Source of the DNA: a virus
Taxonomy: Duplodnaviria; Caudoviricetes
Strand: one strand, 5' to 3'
Virus record (IMG/VR): IMGVR_UViG_3300025389_000011
DNA: 64,000 nucleotides
Under the pieces are notes generated by a model. The model was not told the origin of the DNA and searched no databases. It saw nothing but the letters and a program-made list of their open reading frames with translations. Positions 55,823 through 64,000 of this stretch are shown one piece after another. Position 1 is the stretch's first letter. Every line of letters begins with the position of its first letter. A program made the translations under genes and the position numbers.

Positions 55823-55978
55823 ATGAAGAAAGAAATCTTATCCTTTACTATTAAAGCTCCAAAAACTAGGGCTCACTATGTGTTGTTTTCACACAACACC
55901 CCTTTCACACCTAAGGTCGTGAAGGATAAGACTCTTTATAAACGTAACCCAAAACATCGTAACAAAGTCGAGGAGTAA
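55823..55978 (+). CDS. Small basic protein, possibly ArfA-like ribosome rescue factor
   Basis: LF...FTPKVVKDKTLYKRNPKH; not in the ORF track; 6 nt after TTGACG-17-TATAAT. Confidence 0.45.
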   Translation: MKKEILSFTIKAPKTRAHYVLFSHNTPFTPKVVKDKTLYKRNPKHRNKVEE

Positions 55979-55980
55979 TT

Positions 55981-56271
55981 ATGGAACAAGGACGTGGTAC
56001 TTGCCCAGTTTGTAACGGGACACATAGAGTACCTGCAGGTAACGACAAATACAAAACTGTTACCTCTGGATACGACAAGGAAACAGACACTTTTGAATGC
56101 AAAAATTGCGGTGGCCAATACATGTTTGGCAAACCACGTGGTGATGTAAAACTTAGACCTGATGGTACACCCTGTACTCACAGTTATTCAAGCAAAAATG
56201 TAGGTCGTTGTTTAACACAATATACCTGCATACATTGTAGCGAAAGCTACCAAATCGATTCTGGTGGTTAA
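55981..56271 (+). CDS. Zn-ribbon hypothetical protein
   Basis: CPVC, CKNC, CIHC motifs. Confidence 0.65.
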   Translation: MEQGRGTCPVCNGTHRVPAGNDKYKTVTSGYDKETDTFECKNCGGQYMFGKPRGDVKLRPDGTPCTHSYSSKNVGRCLTQYTCIHCSESYQIDSGG

Positions 56272-56289
56272 TTAACAAAAGGAAATATT

Positions 56290-56514
56290 ATGACACTTAA
56301 ACAAAAAGCACTTTTACAAACAGTTGGCATTATTCTAACAATATTATTTGGATCAATCGCGGTTCAAATTCTATTGGCTACAATATCCGCAGAGGTATTG
56401 ACGTATGCATTTGCAACATTATTGGGTCTTTTGGGGTTCAAATTAATCTATGATTTGGTCCTTTCTAGACTAGAATCCGAAGAAATCTTTAAAAATATGT
56501 CCGAAAAACAGTAA
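56290..56514 (+). CDS. Small membrane protein
   Basis: Two hydrophobic helices. Confidence 0.6.
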   Translation: MTLKQKALLQTVGIILTILFGSIAVQILLATISAEVLTYAFATLLGLLGFKLIYDLVLSRLESEEIFKNMSEKQ

Positions 56515-56516
56515 GT

Positions 56517-56593
56517 TGTTGTTTTTACACAACAAAAAAAGATTGATTTTTTTGGATAAAAAGGTTGACAATAAATGGGTTTGGGCATATAAT
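56517..56593 (+). promoter_or_regulatory. Sigma70 promoter with an upstream TGTTGT-N6-ACAACA palindrome
   Basis: Palindrome 56517-56534; TTGACA 56565; TATAAT 56588. Confidence 0.85.
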
Positions 56594-56625
56594 ACTTATA
56601 TTGAATCAACAAACGGAGAGAGTAA

Positions 56626-57024
56626 ATGGCTTACATGAATCAAGAGCGCAAAGCAAAAATCGCAACTATTCTTAACCCAATCCTTAAGAAATATGGTGTT
56701 AAAGGTAGCTTGTCTGTTCGCAACCACATGACTATTTGCTTGACCGTAAAGTCAGGTAAAATTGACTTCATTGGTAACTACAATGAAACAGTTAATACTG
56801 TTAGGGGCGACCGTATGGCAGTAGGTTCCATTGACGTTAATCCCTACTGGTTTCAGGATCACTTTTCAGGTGTTTCCAAACAATTCTTAACAGAGGCTTT
56901 TAAGGCTCTTAAGGGTGCTGATTGGTATGACCGTAGTGATGCAATGACCGATTATTTTGATACCGCTTACTACGTTGATCTTAACATTGGTAAATGGAAT
57001 AAACCTTACGTATTAGAGGCTTAA
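56626..57024 (+). CDS. Hypothetical early phage protein
   Basis: 132 aa with GGAGAG RBS. Confidence 0.75.
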   Translation: MAYMNQERKAKIATILNPILKKYGVKGSLSVRNHMTICLTVKSGKIDFIGNYNETVNTVRGDRMAVGSIDVNPYWFQDHFSGVSKQFLTEAFKALKGADWYDRSDAMTDYFDTAYYVDLNIGKWNKPYVLEA

Positions 57025-57025
57025 T

Positions 57026-57265
57026 ATGAATATTGCTGAAACAAAATATTTTCAGCGTATTAGTCAAATGGATCAGGACCAATTTCAAAATTGGTTTCTG
57101 ACTCTAAATGACGAAGAGGCTGCTTATGCACTCAACCTTATGGAAAGGGCACGTGCTGAAATTCAGGAAAAAATTGTGCAAATTTTTGAGGAACCAGAGG
57201 CTACTGAAACTTTAGATGTAGCAAAATCAGTTCTAGGTAAATATACATTAAAGGGTTCACTATGA
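57026..57265 (+). CDS. Hypothetical protein
   Basis: 79 aa, coupled to the previous gene. Confidence 0.65.
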   Translation: MNIAETKYFQRISQMDQDQFQNWFLTLNDEEAAYALNLMERARAEIQEKIVQIFEEPEATETLDVAKSVLGKYTLKGSL

Positions 57266-57417
57266 AAACTTTTTGGGCACTTGTCAAAACATCTACTCAA
57301 CCCGGTGCAGGATTTAACAGGGTTACAATTCAAGCTGACAACACATATATGGCTACCCAGCTATTAAAAGGAATGTATGGTCCTTTGTTGTTGTCTGAAT
57401 CGGCTAACCCAATTTGA
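57262..57417 (+). CDS. Small hypothetical protein (51 aa)
   Basis: MKTFWALVK...VTIQADNTYMATQLLKGMYG. Confidence 0.5.
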   Translation: MKTFWALVKTSTQPGAGFNRVTIQADNTYMATQLLKGMYGPLLLSESANPI

Positions 57418-57532
57418 AAGATTTTGGTAACATAAATGGTTGACAATAAAAGCCCTTTATGTTATCATTATACTGTGCAATACGTAATTGCATTTTTTAT
57501 CAACTTAGCTTATCTTATAGAGGAAACTTAAA

Positions 57533-57910
57533 ATGGCTAATCAATTGTTCAAAGTCGCAGGTCTTACTACTCACAATGGTAACACTAAGGTTCGTTTTAC
57601 TGATGATATGGTTCGCCGTATCAAGCAATTCACTAAAGGTGGTGCAAGTCGCATTGACTTGGTAGAGTTGCCCAGTGAGATGACAAAAATCGAGGCACTT
57701 AAGTATTTGGCATCACATGCTGATTTTCAATCTGCCGGAGACCAAGCAACTATCGCTGACTGTCTTGCTGACAAATTGAAGGAAGCAAACAAGGGTGAAG
57801 TTAAAGTTAAGGCTGTTGCTAAGCCTTCACTTGATAGCATTAAATCACGTGCTAAAAAAGTAACTAAAGAAGTTACCCCTGAAGAAATTCTTTCTGTAGT
57901 ACAAGAGTAA
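57533..57910 (+). CDS. Hypothetical protein
   Basis: GAGGA RBS; KVRFTDD..RRIK..KGG..RIDLVELPSEMTK. Confidence 0.75.
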   Translation: MANQLFKVAGLTTHNGNTKVRFTDDMVRRIKQFTKGGASRIDLVELPSEMTKIEALKYLASHADFQSAGDQATIADCLADKLKEANKGEVKVKAVAKPSLDSIKSRAKKVTKEVTPEEILSVVQE

Positions 57911-57912
57911 TC

Positions 57913-57940
57913 AAACAGGGCAACGCCCTGTTTCTCTAAT
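57913..57940 (+). terminator. Probable intrinsic terminator
   Basis: AAACAGGGC-aac-GCCCTGTTT followed by a pyrimidine run. Confidence 0.6.
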
Positions 57941-57951
57941 TTGAGGAAGAT

Positions 57952-58188
57952 ATGTATTATACCAATCTAAACATAGCGGCAAGACATCGCAGAATTTTTG
58001 ATCCTTCAAAGGTTGAAGACTTATTGGAGCTCAAACATTTTGTTGAAAACAATCGATGGATTGATAATTGTCCTTTTTATCTTGAGGAATATTGGGATAA
58101 TATACCATCAATGTGCTTACACAAATATGCTGTACACATGTTAGGCTCTATCAAAAAGCCTATTAGGAAATCAACAAAAGTGTCCTAA
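57952..58188 (+). CDS. Hypothetical protein
   Basis: GAGGA RBS; CPFYLEE. Confidence 0.7.
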   Translation: MYYTNLNIAARHRRIFDPSKVEDLLELKHFVENNRWIDNCPFYLEEYWDNIPSMCLHKYAVHMLGSIKKPIRKSTKVS

Positions 58189-58192
58189 TCTA

Positions 58193-58219
58193 TAGCCCCT
58201 TAACTGGGGCTTTTTTTTG
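58193..58219 (+). terminator. Intrinsic terminator at a convergent junction
   Basis: AGCCCC-ttaact-GGGGCT followed by a T-run. Confidence 0.85.
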
Positions 58220-58223
58220 GCTA

Positions 58224-59093
58224 TTAATTAGTAGGATCACTTACTGCCATGATAGCCCAGAAATCGCTACTCATAGATGTATTTTGAATAACTTGGTATG
58301 GCATATAGAAGTAACCGTTGTTTCCCCAACTAGTGCCCCAACTATTACGACAAATAAAACGTCCACCACCTAGTGTGTCATTGTATCCAACAACACAAAC
58401 TGCATGACCACCTAATACTTGTTCTGTTCTTGTATTAGGATATGGCATCATACCAGTATTATTGTTTACAGAACCTTCAAAACTACTGTAAACAGTAAAT
58501 CCAATGATAACAGGATAGCCACTAGCAAGTGCATTTTTCATTGCAGTAAAATTTGCTACTGATTGATATTGTGTAACTTTACGTCTTGCCGCATCATTGA
58601 TAGCCGCGGTAGAAGGTTTTACTCTATACGCTGATATATTATATGGCCATAATGTTTCTTGTGGAGCACCATATATGCGACCTACTGTGATACCATCGTG
58701 TATGTACGCACCGGCATCATAATTCACATCATTCTCGATTAGTCTTTCATAATAATAAATGAATAGTCTACTTACTCTTGTTTGTAAGTTATGAGTTTTT
58801 CTATCAAGTAAATCAATCGCACCTGCAATCGCATTACCTGTACAGCTACCCAAATTACCTTGGTCATCGATTGGACTACAATATGGTCTTAAATCAACTG
58901 TACCTGGTAATGATGCTTGTACCGATTCGTTTAATTGATAAGGTACTGCTGAAGGATTACCTTTGCCCGGTTTCCATTGATACTTACCTAAACTTTCAAA
59001 AGATGCTTTTTTAGTTTTTACTTGCGGAGGAGAAATTTTACTTAGTCCTGGATCTTGATTTATATCGATTATTGTTTTTGGATTTATTTTCAT
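58224..59093 (-). CDS. Papain-like cysteine protease (C1A)
   Basis: DQGNLGSCTG (catalytic C), GGHAV (H), RNSWG (N). Confidence 0.93.
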   Translation of the reverse strand: MKINPKTIIDINQDPGLSKISPPQVKTKKASFESLGKYQWKPGKGNPSAVPYQLNESVQASLPGTVDLRPYCSPIDDQGNLGSCTGNAIAGAIDLLDRKTHNLQTRVSRLFIYYYERLIENDVNYDAGAYIHDGITVGRIYGAPQETLWPYNISAYRVKPSTAAINDAARRKVTQYQSVANFTAMKNALASGYPVIIGFTVYSSFEGSVNNNTGMMPYPNTRTEQVLGGHAVCVVGYNDTLGGGRFICRNSWGTSWGNNGYFYMPYQVIQNTSMSSDFWAIMAVSDPTN

Positions 59094-59118
59094 ACGACCT
59101 CTACTGTAGATAGAGTAT

Positions 59119-59790
59119 TTATCGCAAATCGAACAAAATTATCTCTGATTCGTTTGTATTACTTATTGTGATATCGGATTCGTTAATAAAACTTAACCCG
59201 TCACCTTCAATCAAATCTATGCCATTAATAGTTAAAGAGCCGGTAACAACATACAGGTAGTATTTTCGCAAAGTGTCCAGGTTGTATATATAATTACTTG
59301 TAAATATACCTGCAAGTAATCTAGCATCTTGTTTGATTGGTAGCTTTTCTGTGATGTTGCAAAACCTATTTAGTTTGTCTTCACGTGTAAATTGATGCCA
59401 ATCATGTCTAGGTTCAGTATCAAATTCATTAGGACGAATCCATAACTGTAGATAACGATTAGGTGTGTTTGCAGTATTTCCTTCAGTATGACTTATGCCA
59501 CGACCACTGCTCATACGCTGAACTGCACCTGCAGGTACTTCAACATCATTGCCTAAACTGTCTACATGATGGCTACTACCTCTAATTACATAGCCAAAGA
59601 TTTCCATGTTCTTGTGTTCATGCCAAGGTACTTGCCAAGCATACTGCACACGGTCATCATTAATTGTTTGAAGGTCGCTGAAATTCATATAGCGACTATC
59701 ATAGTAACTAGGAAAACTAAAAGTGCGATAACTGTTTATGAAATCTGCTCTGGGATTGCCCCTAGTGTTAGCCGGCCGATGCACAATCAT
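59119..59790 (-). CDS. Pirin-family protein (YhhW-like)
   Basis: TFSF..YYD, INDD.V, PWHEHKNMEI, MSSGRGISHTE, LQLWI. Confidence 0.9.
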   Translation of the reverse strand: MIVHRPANTRGNPRADFINSYRTFSFPSYYDSRYMNFSDLQTINDDRVQYAWQVPWHEHKNMEIFGYVIRGSSHHVDSLGNDVEVPAGAVQRMSSGRGISHTEGNTANTPNRYLQLWIRPNEFDTEPRHDWHQFTREDKLNRFCNITEKLPIKQDARLLAGIFTSNYIYNLDTLRKYYLYVVTGSLTINGIDLIEGDGLSFINESDITISNTNESEIILFDLR

Positions 59791-59794
59791 TTTG

Positions 59795-60679
59795 TTATGC
59801 TGTGTAACTGCCTGTGCTACCGGCACCAGAGAATACCAATACGGTGTTTCCTGCTCCGTCGGTTGCTATAGTGGGTGTTCCTGTGTAAATTCCGGTATAG
59901 CTACTAGTTGGAATAGATAAAATAACTACACCAGAGCCACCGTTACCACCTGTGTTATTGACCCAATCTCCACCGCCGCCGCCGCCTAAACCGTCTGTAC
60001 CGTTGGTAGCACCACCGCCACTGTTGCCGCCTTGACCACCTCCACCTTGACCGCCTGTGTTAAACCCAGTGCCGGAACTAGTTGACCCGCCTCCACCGCC
60101 ACCGAAGTAGACGTTAGTACCTATAATTCCAAACTCTCCGCCATCACCACCAGGAGCAGTAGCTCCACCGCCGTAACTGCCTCCACCGCCGCCACCGGCT
60201 TCAAAAGCAATAGCAAAGCCTGGACTATTTTGTTGGCCACCGTTGGCACCTTGACCTGAAGTTCCTAATCCGCCTACGTTGCCACCAGCAGAACCGCCAC
60301 CTGCGCCACCATTGCTGCCATTACCACTACCACCGGATCCACCGCCACCGCCACCTATAGCAGTAAGATTTAATGTGCCACCAATTAAAGTTGAATCTTG
60401 GCCATTGGCACCATTGACACTAGAATTATTACTGCCAAGTCCACCGGCACCTACTGTAATGTTATAAGTTACGCCTGATTGCCAAGAGAACAATTCACCT
60501 AAAATACCGCCACCACCGCCACCACCACCAACATAGGTTCCACCACCACCGCCACCAGCTACTACTAAATAGTTGACCGGTTTAGTTGAAGGAGGGGGAG
60601 GAGGACTACCTCCGGCACCTAATGTTGCACCGCCGTCTATTGTAATTCCGCCTTGTATTTGTATTCCTGATAATGACAT
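59795..60679 (-). CDS. Glycine-rich virion-associated protein
   Basis: YLVVAGGGGGG, GGSGVVIL motifs. Confidence 0.75.
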   Translation of the reverse strand: MSLSGIQIQGGITIDGGATLGAGGSPPPPPSTKPVNYLVVAGGGGGGTYVGGGGGGGGILGELFSWQSGVTYNITVGAGGLGSNNSSVNGANGQDSTLIGGTLNLTAIGGGGGGSGGSGNGSNGGAGGGSAGGNVGGLGTSGQGANGGQQNSPGFAIAFEAGGGGGGSYGGGATAPGGDGGEFGIIGTNVYFGGGGGGSTSSGTGFNTGGQGGGGQGGNSGGGATNGTDGLGGGGGGDWVNNTGGNGGSGVVILSIPTSSYTGIYTGTPTIATDGAGNTVLVFSGAGSTGSYTA

Positions 60680-60781
60680 AATTATTTTCCTGGTGTTGGT
60701 TGAGTGTTTCTATTTTTTAGATTCTTAAAAAAATCTTTATCGCCTATTGGTTGTGGTGTTTGTTGTGACATGTTTATTTCC

Positions 60782-61303
60782 TTAGAATAGAGTGATTGGT
60801 GTATTAGGTGTTGCTGTAAAAGTAACCGGGAAGTTAAATGTTCCGGCTTGTCCTGCAGTAGCACTAGGATTTAAAACATAAATTACCCAAGCATCAGGTT
60901 GACCTGCAAAAGTTGGATAGTATTGTACTTCTACCGGCGTTGTTGTGTACGTACTACCTGCACTCCATGTTGCGGTATATTGTAATGGAGTACCATTATA
61001 AGTTCCAAAACCAGTACTATATCCTGGAATAGGGCTTAATCCTGCTATATAAGTTTCTTGACTTGACGTAGTTGAAAGTGCAATACCTGGACCAGTTGCG
61101 TAAGGCGGACCTCCACCGAATATCGGATTGACAATCACAACCCCTGTCCCAGTACCACCTGCTCCCGGGGATTGGTCTTGAGTTGCAAAAATTTGACCAT
61201 ATGTAAATGTTAACGGACCACTTGGTCCACCACTACCTGAACCAATGTTAATGCCACCACCTACATTGATTCCACCTTCTACTATTATTCCTGATATACT
61301 CAT
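60782..61303 (-). CDS. Putative virion protein
   Basis: N-terminal GIIVEGGINVGGGINIG; the C-terminal AGTFNFPVTF resembles the end of 61529-64000. Confidence 0.65.
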   Translation of the reverse strand: MSISGIIVEGGINVGGGINIGSGSGGPSGPLTFTYGQIFATQDQSPGAGGTGTGVVIVNPIFGGGPPYATGPGIALSTTSSQETYIAGLSPIPGYSTGFGTYNGTPLQYTATWSAGSTYTTTPVEVQYYPTFAGQPDAWVIYVLNPSATAGQAGTFNFPVTFTATPNTPITLF

Positions 61304-61304
61304 G

Positions 61305-61520
61305 TTATTTCTTTCCTGCGCCCTTAAATGGCGTACGTATTGTTGGTGTTTCTGTACTTACCGGATTGTTTGGTCTTGCTATTTTAGGAGCATTCCTCTG
61401 TGCTAGTCTTTTTGCCTGTGCATTTTGTTTGAATGCTTGTCTAACAGCCTGTGCTTCCGGTGTATTAAATATTTGATTGTAGTATGTATTTAATTGTTGT
61501 TTATTGAGTGTCATAATATT
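61305..61520 (-). CDS. Small basic hypothetical protein
   Basis: MTLNKQQLN...RTPFKGAGKK; AAGGA RBS. Confidence 0.55.
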   Translation of the reverse strand, partial: NIMTLNKQQLNTYYNQIFNTPEAQAVRQAFKQNAQAKRLAQRNAPKIARPNNPVSTETPTIRTPFKGAGKK

Positions 61521-61528
61521 ATCCTTTA

Positions 61529-64000
61529 TTAGCACCAGTATAATCCGCCTGATTGAATTGCAGGTGTCAGTAATGTAAATGTTGCAGAGAAATTGAATGT
61601 TCCTGGTATTGTTGCGCCACCTGGATCATCATTAGCAGGATTTGCAGTCTCATATGCTGTATTAGTTGGATCTACTGTAGTGATATTTAGTTGACCAGTG
61701 GTACCGTTATAACCCATTCTTACTAAGCCATTTGGTACAGTACTACCTGCGCCCCATGTTACTTCAAAGATGTATGCATTGAAATTATTTGGATCATATG
61801 AATCATTGCTGTTCAGTGAATTCTGAGTATAAACACCAACTGATCTAAAGAAAGCAAAAATATTTTGTGCTACAACATCATTTGCTGAATATATAGTTAC
61901 ATAATTATTTCCTATCGATCCTGAACCTACTGTGATTGAGTTAGCAGGTGAACCACCAAAAAATACAAAATCTCCCGAATTAATAGTAAGTGAATTTACT
62001 GTTGAATCTATTCCTACGCTTGTGTCAGGGAATTGTCTAGTATCACCGGGCCAAACAATACGTACTGCACCGTCACCGCCCTTACCACCACCATAATAAT
62101 TTTCACCAGTAAATCCACCGCCCCAGCCACCTTGACCTACAATAACTTGTAATGTGCCACCTGGATTGCCCGGTGTACCTGGATCAGTAGTTACGTTATT
62201 CTTGTATGCTAATGCACCACCGTTACCACCGTCCCATAGACTTGGTGCACTACCGCCACCACCACCTGGCCAACCACCTGCACCACCTGCCCATGCACTT
62301 GCCATGCCGCCTTGTGTACCTGAGTTGCCTCTTCGACTACCGCCGCGACCACCAACTGCTTGTGCCTGCCACTCTGAATAAGGATTATTGCCACCATATG
62401 TGTCGCTGTCTACCCAGCCACCATGAGTGCCTGGATCACCTACGCCGTATAAACCAACACCGCCACCACCGGATCCAATATCGCTATATAGTCCGCCACC
62501 GCCGCCACCAGAACCACCGATAAGACCGGTACCCTCACCATCTGTATAAGTTGGTAATTCTTGATTAGAACCACCGCCACCATTTGAACCTGCATTGGCT
62601 AGTCCTGCAACAAATGTATATCCGCTTGGAGTTGAATATGTATTGCTTGTATTGATACTCCACTTACCGATATCACCGGCTGCACCTTGTGTAGTCATCA
62701 AGTAGATTGAGCCATCTTCTGTGTTCACAGAAATTGTTATACCATTAGTACCTGTTGCGGGATTGGCTACTGGATCACCCATCCAATCACCACCGTTAAC
62801 TCTAACCCATGTTGTTTGTCCCAATCCATTAGAGTTATCAATAGCAATATCAACTACATCACCTGTTGTGAATGTTGGATAACCTGAATAAGCTATTGAC
62901 CCGCCGTTTGAATAAAAACCGCCATCATTATAGAAGGCAGCACTATCTGTAGTGCCGCCCACATAACTTTGTAATTCAGCACCACTGCCACCAAATCCAA
63001 TACCTTGACTACCTGAACTAGCAGAAGTATCTACAGTTAAACTGAACATTACTTTTTGACCAAAAACAATTTCATATGTACCTGTAGCAATACCAGGATA
63101 ACTACTATTGTTTGCTGTTGCTTCAACTGATAAGTTGTTGTTAGATAGACTTAATATAATATTTGCTTCACCAGTACCATAGTTACCTCCGCCATCATAT
63201 ACATAAGTTTGTGTAGGATCGAATGCTACAACAGCATCATTCGTACCATAACCACCTGCGCCAGCACCACCGATTGGCCAAGAACCTAGTGAATCAACTA
63301 CACCACCCTTACCTCCGCTGTCACCCCATAATGGTTTAGCACGTGGTCCAGGAGTACCGTTGTTGTTAGTATAATATTGGCTATTATTTATTTCAAGCGC
63401 ACCTTGAGCACCAACAATAGTTTGACCTAAGAAATTATAAACGTTACCACTGACTGAATCTAGACTAGGAGAAATAGTCAATACAACGTTTGCTGTATCA
63501 GTACTATCTACCGCTAAGACCATACCGTATACATTGCCTTCAATTAATGCTCTGTTGGGATAATAATTGTTTAAGTCAATACTAGTAAACAACCAACCTG
63601 GGGCAACATTGCCCAATAACGCATTATTATTACCAGTAGTACAATCAAATGTAATGAATGGCGCGCCACTATAGCCAGCATTTGTGTTCATGTTTACATT
63701 GAAATGAGACCACTGAGAATAAACATAACTGTCACCACCTGGAGGGCTGTAACCAGCATAAGTACCACCGCCACCTGCACCAACTGCCACCATACTTACA
63801 CTACTTACACCTTGTGGCACTTGGAATGTATATTGACCTGGTACTGAGAACAATTGACTATATGATTGTGTAGGCATATCGTTGTCTTGTTTGACTGTTT
63901 GAATACCATATTGATATCCATAATCAGTAGTATAACTAGCAATCTCGCTAGGACTTAATGCATAGTTCCATGCTGTCATAACACCAAGGTCACCGTTCAA
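61529..64000 (-). CDS. Glycine-rich virion protein with an SPRY/lectin-like region, 5'-truncated
   Basis: Frame is open to the window edge; VAVGAGGGG, GGKGGDGAVRIVW, FTTGDVVDIAID. Confidence 0.75.
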   Translation of the reverse strand: MNGDLGVMTAWNYALSPSEIASYTTDYGYQYGIQTVKQDNDMPTQSYSQLFSVPGQYTFQVPQGVSSVSMVAVGAGGGGTYAGYSPPGGDSYVYSQWSHFNVNMNTNAGYSGAPFITFDCTTGNNNALLGNVAPGWLFTSIDLNNYYPNRALIEGNVYGMVLAVDSTDTANVVLTISPSLDSVSGNVYNFLGQTIVGAQGALEINNSQYYTNNNGTPGPRAKPLWGDSGGKGGVVDSLGSWPIGGAGAGGYGTNDAVVAFDPTQTYVYDGGGNYGTGEANIILSLSNNNLSVEATANNSSYPGIATGTYEIVFGQKVMFSLTVDTSASSGSQGIGFGGSGAELQSYVGGTTDSAAFYNDGGFYSNGGSIAYSGYPTFTTGDVVDIAIDNSNGLGQTTWVRVNGGDWMGDPVANPATGTNGITISVNTEDGSIYLMTTQGAAGDIGKWSINTSNTYSTPSGYTFVAGLANAGSNGGGGSNQELPTYTDGEGTGLIGGSGGGGGGLYSDIGSGGGGVGLYGVGDPGTHGGWVDSDTYGGNNPYSEWQAQAVGGRGGSRRGNSGTQGGMASAWAGGAGGWPGGGGGSAPSLWDGGNGGALAYKNNVTTDPGTPGNPGGTLQVIVGQGGWGGGFTGENYYGGGKGGDGAVRIVWPGDTRQFPDTSVGIDSTVNSLTINSGDFVFFGGSPANSITVGSGSIGNNYVTIYSANDVVAQNIFAFFRSVGVYTQNSLNSNDSYDPNNFNAYIFEVTWGAGSTVPNGLVRMGYNGTTGQLNITTVDPTNTAYETANPANDDPGGATIPGTFNFSATFTLLTPAIQSGGLYWC

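Overview
This AT-rich window looks like part of a large lytic T4-like/jumbo myophage genome. A proteobacterial, probably betaproteobacterial, host is inferred from the host-like iscU, ahpC/ahpD, ppiC and rpoZ genes. Layout: (1) 1-17 kb, modular Asn/Gly/Thr-rich virion or fibre genes, including a 3103-aa protein with a C-terminal autocleaving chaperone domain. (2) 17-28.6 kb, nrdAB, glutaredoxin, PAAR and neighbouring structural genes, a cell-wall hydrolase and iscU. (3) 28.6-38.7 kb, an accessory enzyme block of tandem P-loop/sulfotransferase-like paralogs, ahpC-ahpD, methyltransferases, an SDR and several Fe/2OG-type oxygenases. (4) 37.2-47.9 kb, an RNA island with 30 CCA-encoding tRNA genes covering all 20 amino acids, several unassigned structured RNAs, HNH genes, ppiC and rpoZ. 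(5) 48-58 kb, small early genes under strong sigma70 promoters. (6) 58-64 kb, minus-strand C1 protease, pirin and Gly-rich virion genes. The top find is a ~235-nt minimal RNase P RNA at 39328-39563. By manual pairing it keeps the catalytic-domain architecture (P1-P7, P15-P16, P4/P6 pseudoknots, CR-I/IV/V, J5/15 CAA, L15 GGU), but its specificity domain is replaced by a U-rich 19-nt tandem repeat. The second find is a leader-peptide attenuator in front of the RNA island: a 51-codon ORF using all 20 amino acids, with a 12-bp antiterminator that excludes an intrinsic terminator. All calls come from manual reading and pairing; no database searches or folding programs were run.
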